Below, piece after piece: positions 62,090-64,000 of a DNA stretch of 64,000 nucleotides. The position numbers and the translations under genes were made by a program. A model generated the notes under the pieces. It worked only from the letters and a program-made list of their open reading frames with translations. It did not search any database and was not told the DNA's origin. Numbering within the stretch: position 1 is the stretch's first letter; every line of letters starts with the position of its first letter. The DNA is from a virus, in IMG/VR virus record IMGVR_UViG_3300045988_130750, positions 1 to 64,000 of that record. One strand, 5' to 3'.

Positions 62090-62380
62090 ATGCAAACAAT
62101 AACTTATACAGAAATGCCAAATGGAGCACGGTATTTATCTACAGAAGGCAAACAGATGGATATTATGAACGTTTTAACACAAAAGGAATTTAAAGAGAAA
62201 TTCCCGGAAGTCTCCACATATGGAATTGAAATGCATATGCCTGTATTCCTCGAAAATGGAGAAATCCTCTTAGATACACAATGGAACGGAGAACAATATC
62301 TTGTAAATGGAAAATCATACTCACCGTTTTATAAGGAAACAGAAGAAGATACGGAAATTATTGGCTACTATGAAGATTAA
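62090..62380 (+). CDS. hypothetical protein (96 aa)
   Basis: AAAGGAGG RBS. Confidence 0.55.
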   Translation: MQTITYTEMPNGARYLSTEGKQMDIMNVLTQKEFKEKFPEVSTYGIEMHMPVFLENGEILLDTQWNGEQYLVNGKSYSPFYKETEEDTEIIGYYED

Positions 62381-62401
62381 GACAAAGGGAGGAAAACGCA
62401 A

Positions 62402-62623
62402 ATGTTTCATTTTAGAATCATCACCACACCAGACGGAAACCAGATCATAGACAGAAATTTGTCTACACCATACGAATCACTCACACCAACACAAATGGTT
62501 GAGTACACAGAAATAGATAATCAGCTTACGATCATGGATAGATTGGAACGCAAAGCAAGGGAAAGAGCAAAACAAAAACAGAAATGGTGTAAAAGACTTG
62601 CATCGGCTTGTGGACTGTTATAG
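62402..62623 (+). CDS. hypothetical protein (73 aa)
   Basis: AAGGGAGG RBS. Confidence 0.55.
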   Translation: MFHFRIITTPDGNQIIDRNLSTPYESLTPTQMVEYTEIDNQLTIMDRLERKARERAKQKQKWCKRLASACGLL

Positions 62624-62635
62624 AAGGAAGAAATC

Positions 62636-62758
62636 ATGGAAGAATTGTTATTAAATCGAATGTTAAAGGCAAATTATTATGCATTGTTTATAGCAATTAC
62701 AAAGAATATGAGTGCTAAGAGTGCATTAAAATTACTAGGGATTTACCCTGAAAAATAG
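62636..62758 (+). CDS. hypothetical micro-protein (40 aa)
   Basis: GAAGGAAG RBS; tightly spaced in the operon. Confidence 0.35.
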   Translation: MEELLLNRMLKANYYALFIAITKNMSAKSALKLLGIYPEK

Positions 62759-62773
62759 AGGAGGAAGGCAAAA

Positions 62774-62896
62774 ATGAATAAAATGAAAGGCTATACCGTT
62801 CCAAACGGTTACATGGGATATGTGAATGGAAAATATATGTTGTTTGAAACAGAAAAAGCATACCATGAATATCTTCTTATGGAGGTCGAAGTATGA
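62774..62896 (+). CDS. hypothetical micro-protein (40 aa)
   Basis: GAGGAGGAAGG RBS. Confidence 0.4.
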   Translation: MNKMKGYTVPNGYMGYVNGKYMLFETEKAYHEYLLMEVEV

Positions 62897-63045
62897 GCGA
62901 AAAACAAGTAAGAGAAATCAAACGCAATCTTTGCATAAACTGTTGTGATAAACATTTTTGTCACGGAATGCAAAGTTGTAAAGATGCAAACGAATATTTA
63001 AAGAAGGGAAGTGATTTGAATGGCAAATTTAATTCACTTATTTAA
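62893..63045 (+). CDS. hypothetical Cys-rich micro-protein (50 aa)
   Basis: ATGA start/stop overlap with the previous ORF; CINCCDKHFCHGMQSC. Confidence 0.4.
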   Translation: MSEKQVREIKRNLCINCCDKHFCHGMQSCKDANEYLKKGSDLNGKFNSLI

Positions 63046-63217
63046 AGTGGGTCAGGAAGTCCGTTGCAATATGGATGGTACTTTTTATAAGGGAACTGTA
63101 AAAGAAACATATACAGATCATATTATTGTAGACATTCCAGAAATATCAGATCATTGTTGGTTTGAAAATAATCTTAATATGGATTGTGTATATCCAGAAA
63201 ATAACTTTAGTAACTAA
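63020..63217 (+). CDS. hypothetical protein (65 aa)
   Basis: GAAGGGAAG RBS. Confidence 0.5.
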   Translation: MANLIHLFKVGQEVRCNMDGTFYKGTVKETYTDHIIVDIPEISDHCWFENNLNMDCVYPENNFSN

Positions 63218-63281
63218 ACGGCAAGGGAAACCAAGCCGTTATTTTTATGCAAAAAAATCAAATTCAAGGAGGATATAAAAA

Positions 63282-64000
63282 ATGGGTAAAACAAGAAAGG
63301 TAGAACCAAGTGTAATTGAAAAAGAAATGCAGGAATCACGGAACAAGGCAAAATTTGTTGATGAAGTAGAAAGAATTTCAATCGAACAAATGGTTGAGAG
63401 TTCAAAGGCAAATAACAGGATTGGAGACAAAATTCTTATGGTAATCAATCCATTATATGTGCATATTCCAGAATGGCAGAGACAATGTGATGTTATTGCA
63501 GCAACGGAAATTGGAACGCATTATGATAAACACAAATGGGAAATCCCGAAATTATTATATTTTGATGGAAAACTTTGGTGTGTAGATGGTATGCATAGAA
63601 TTTATGGAGCTTATAAGGGAAATATAAAATCTGTTATCTGTGAAATTATTGAATGCTCTATGAAAGATGCTATTGAATTATTTTTAGGGCAGACAGATGA
63701 CAGACGGAAAATGTCACAAGTTGATTATTACAAAGCTGCCATTGCTCTTGGTGATGAAAGATATATTGGGTTAAAAACCATTTGCAATAGTCATAATGTG
63801 GCTGTAAAGGGAGATCCAATTGAAAATCAGGTTGGTATTTTCACACCGATTAAAGATGGTATTCGGTCAATCGAAAAGAATGGAACAGAATTACTTGATA
63901 GGATTATTAATCTTATCACTGATTTGCAGTGGAATGGGTATGCAGATACATACAATGGGAAGGCATATACAGCAAAATATATCAGGGTGATGCATTCACT
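63282..64000 (+). CDS. ParB/Srx-fold (DGxHR) domain protein, 3'-truncated by the window
   Basis: AAGGAGG RBS; open to the window end; KLWCVDGMHRIYGAY is the ParB-like nuclease-domain motif. Confidence 0.6.
   Translation, partial: MGKTRKVEPSVIEKEMQESRNKAKFVDEVERISIEQMVESSKANNRIGDKILMVINPLYVHIPEWQRQCDVIAATEIGTHYDKHKWEIPKLLYFDGKLWCVDGMHRIYGAYKGNIKSVICEIIECSMKDAIELFLGQTDDRRKMSQVDYYKAAIALGDERYIGLKTICNSHNVAVKGDPIENQVGIFTPIKDGIRSIEKNGTELLDRIINLITDLQWNGYADTYNGKAYTAKYIRVMHS

Noticed and set aside
1-64000. Stop-codon reassignment with a suppressor tRNA, as in some gut phages.
   Set aside because: Long genes (1109, 869, 619 and 564 aa) are uninterrupted in the standard code. All clear tRNA anticodons are sense (CCA, UUC, GUU, UUU). 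The terL halves are in different frames, so read-through cannot join them.
1-64000. CRISPR array, or solitary CRISPR repeat used as an anti-CRISPR.
   Set aside because: No regularly spaced 25-40-nt direct repeats were seen. The repeats found are iteron- or operator-like with irregular spacing.

Overview
AT-rich, densely packed dsDNA phage or prophage segment of Firmicutes type: GGAGG-type RBSs, an LL-H/phiLC3-type holin, an NlpC/P60 plus PG-binding lysin, HU, and an SPbeta YonO-like RNA polymerase. Coordinates 5.1-56.2 kb are almost entirely minus-strand. From 56 to 45 kb lie early/replication genes (DUF3825, ParB-like, YonO-like single-subunit RNAP). From 45 to 36 kb lies an accessory block: an IS605-family TnpB element, HU, a metallophosphoesterase, a tyrosine integrase, five tRNA genes plus tRNA-like elements, and a ~0.75-kb structured non-coding RNA candidate. 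From 35.8 to 19.9 kb lies the packaging/head/tail module: terL split by an intron-like insert, portal, scaffold, capsid, connectors, tail tube. From 19.2 to 16.8 kb lies a lysis cassette preceded by an IscS/NifS-like cysteine desulfurase. A TP901-type tape measure occupies 13.0-9.7 kb. The 0-5 kb region looks like a lysogeny switch (XRE repressor, RHH, antirepressor). The 56.8-64 kb region is a plus-strand operon of small genes headed by an RHH gene with palindromes inside its promoters. There are five free-standing homing-endonuclease-like genes: four Vsr/DUF559-like paralogues and one GIY-YIG. The most unusual signals are: a hammerhead-like ribozyme motif (60034-60083); tRNA-like acceptor/T-arm modules bracketing one gene (58249-59235); a ~214-nt group-I-like insert splitting terL; a TnpB IS inserted 7 codons into a small gene; two orphan plus-strand hydrophobic-peptide loci with convergent promoter-like motifs (type I TA-like); a recurrent TGGAGAATA intergenic motif (candidate phage-RNAP promoter); and C-depleted GT-rich non-coding DNA with iterons at 54.6-56.8 kb. 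All family names come from motif recognition by eye. No search or computation was run.
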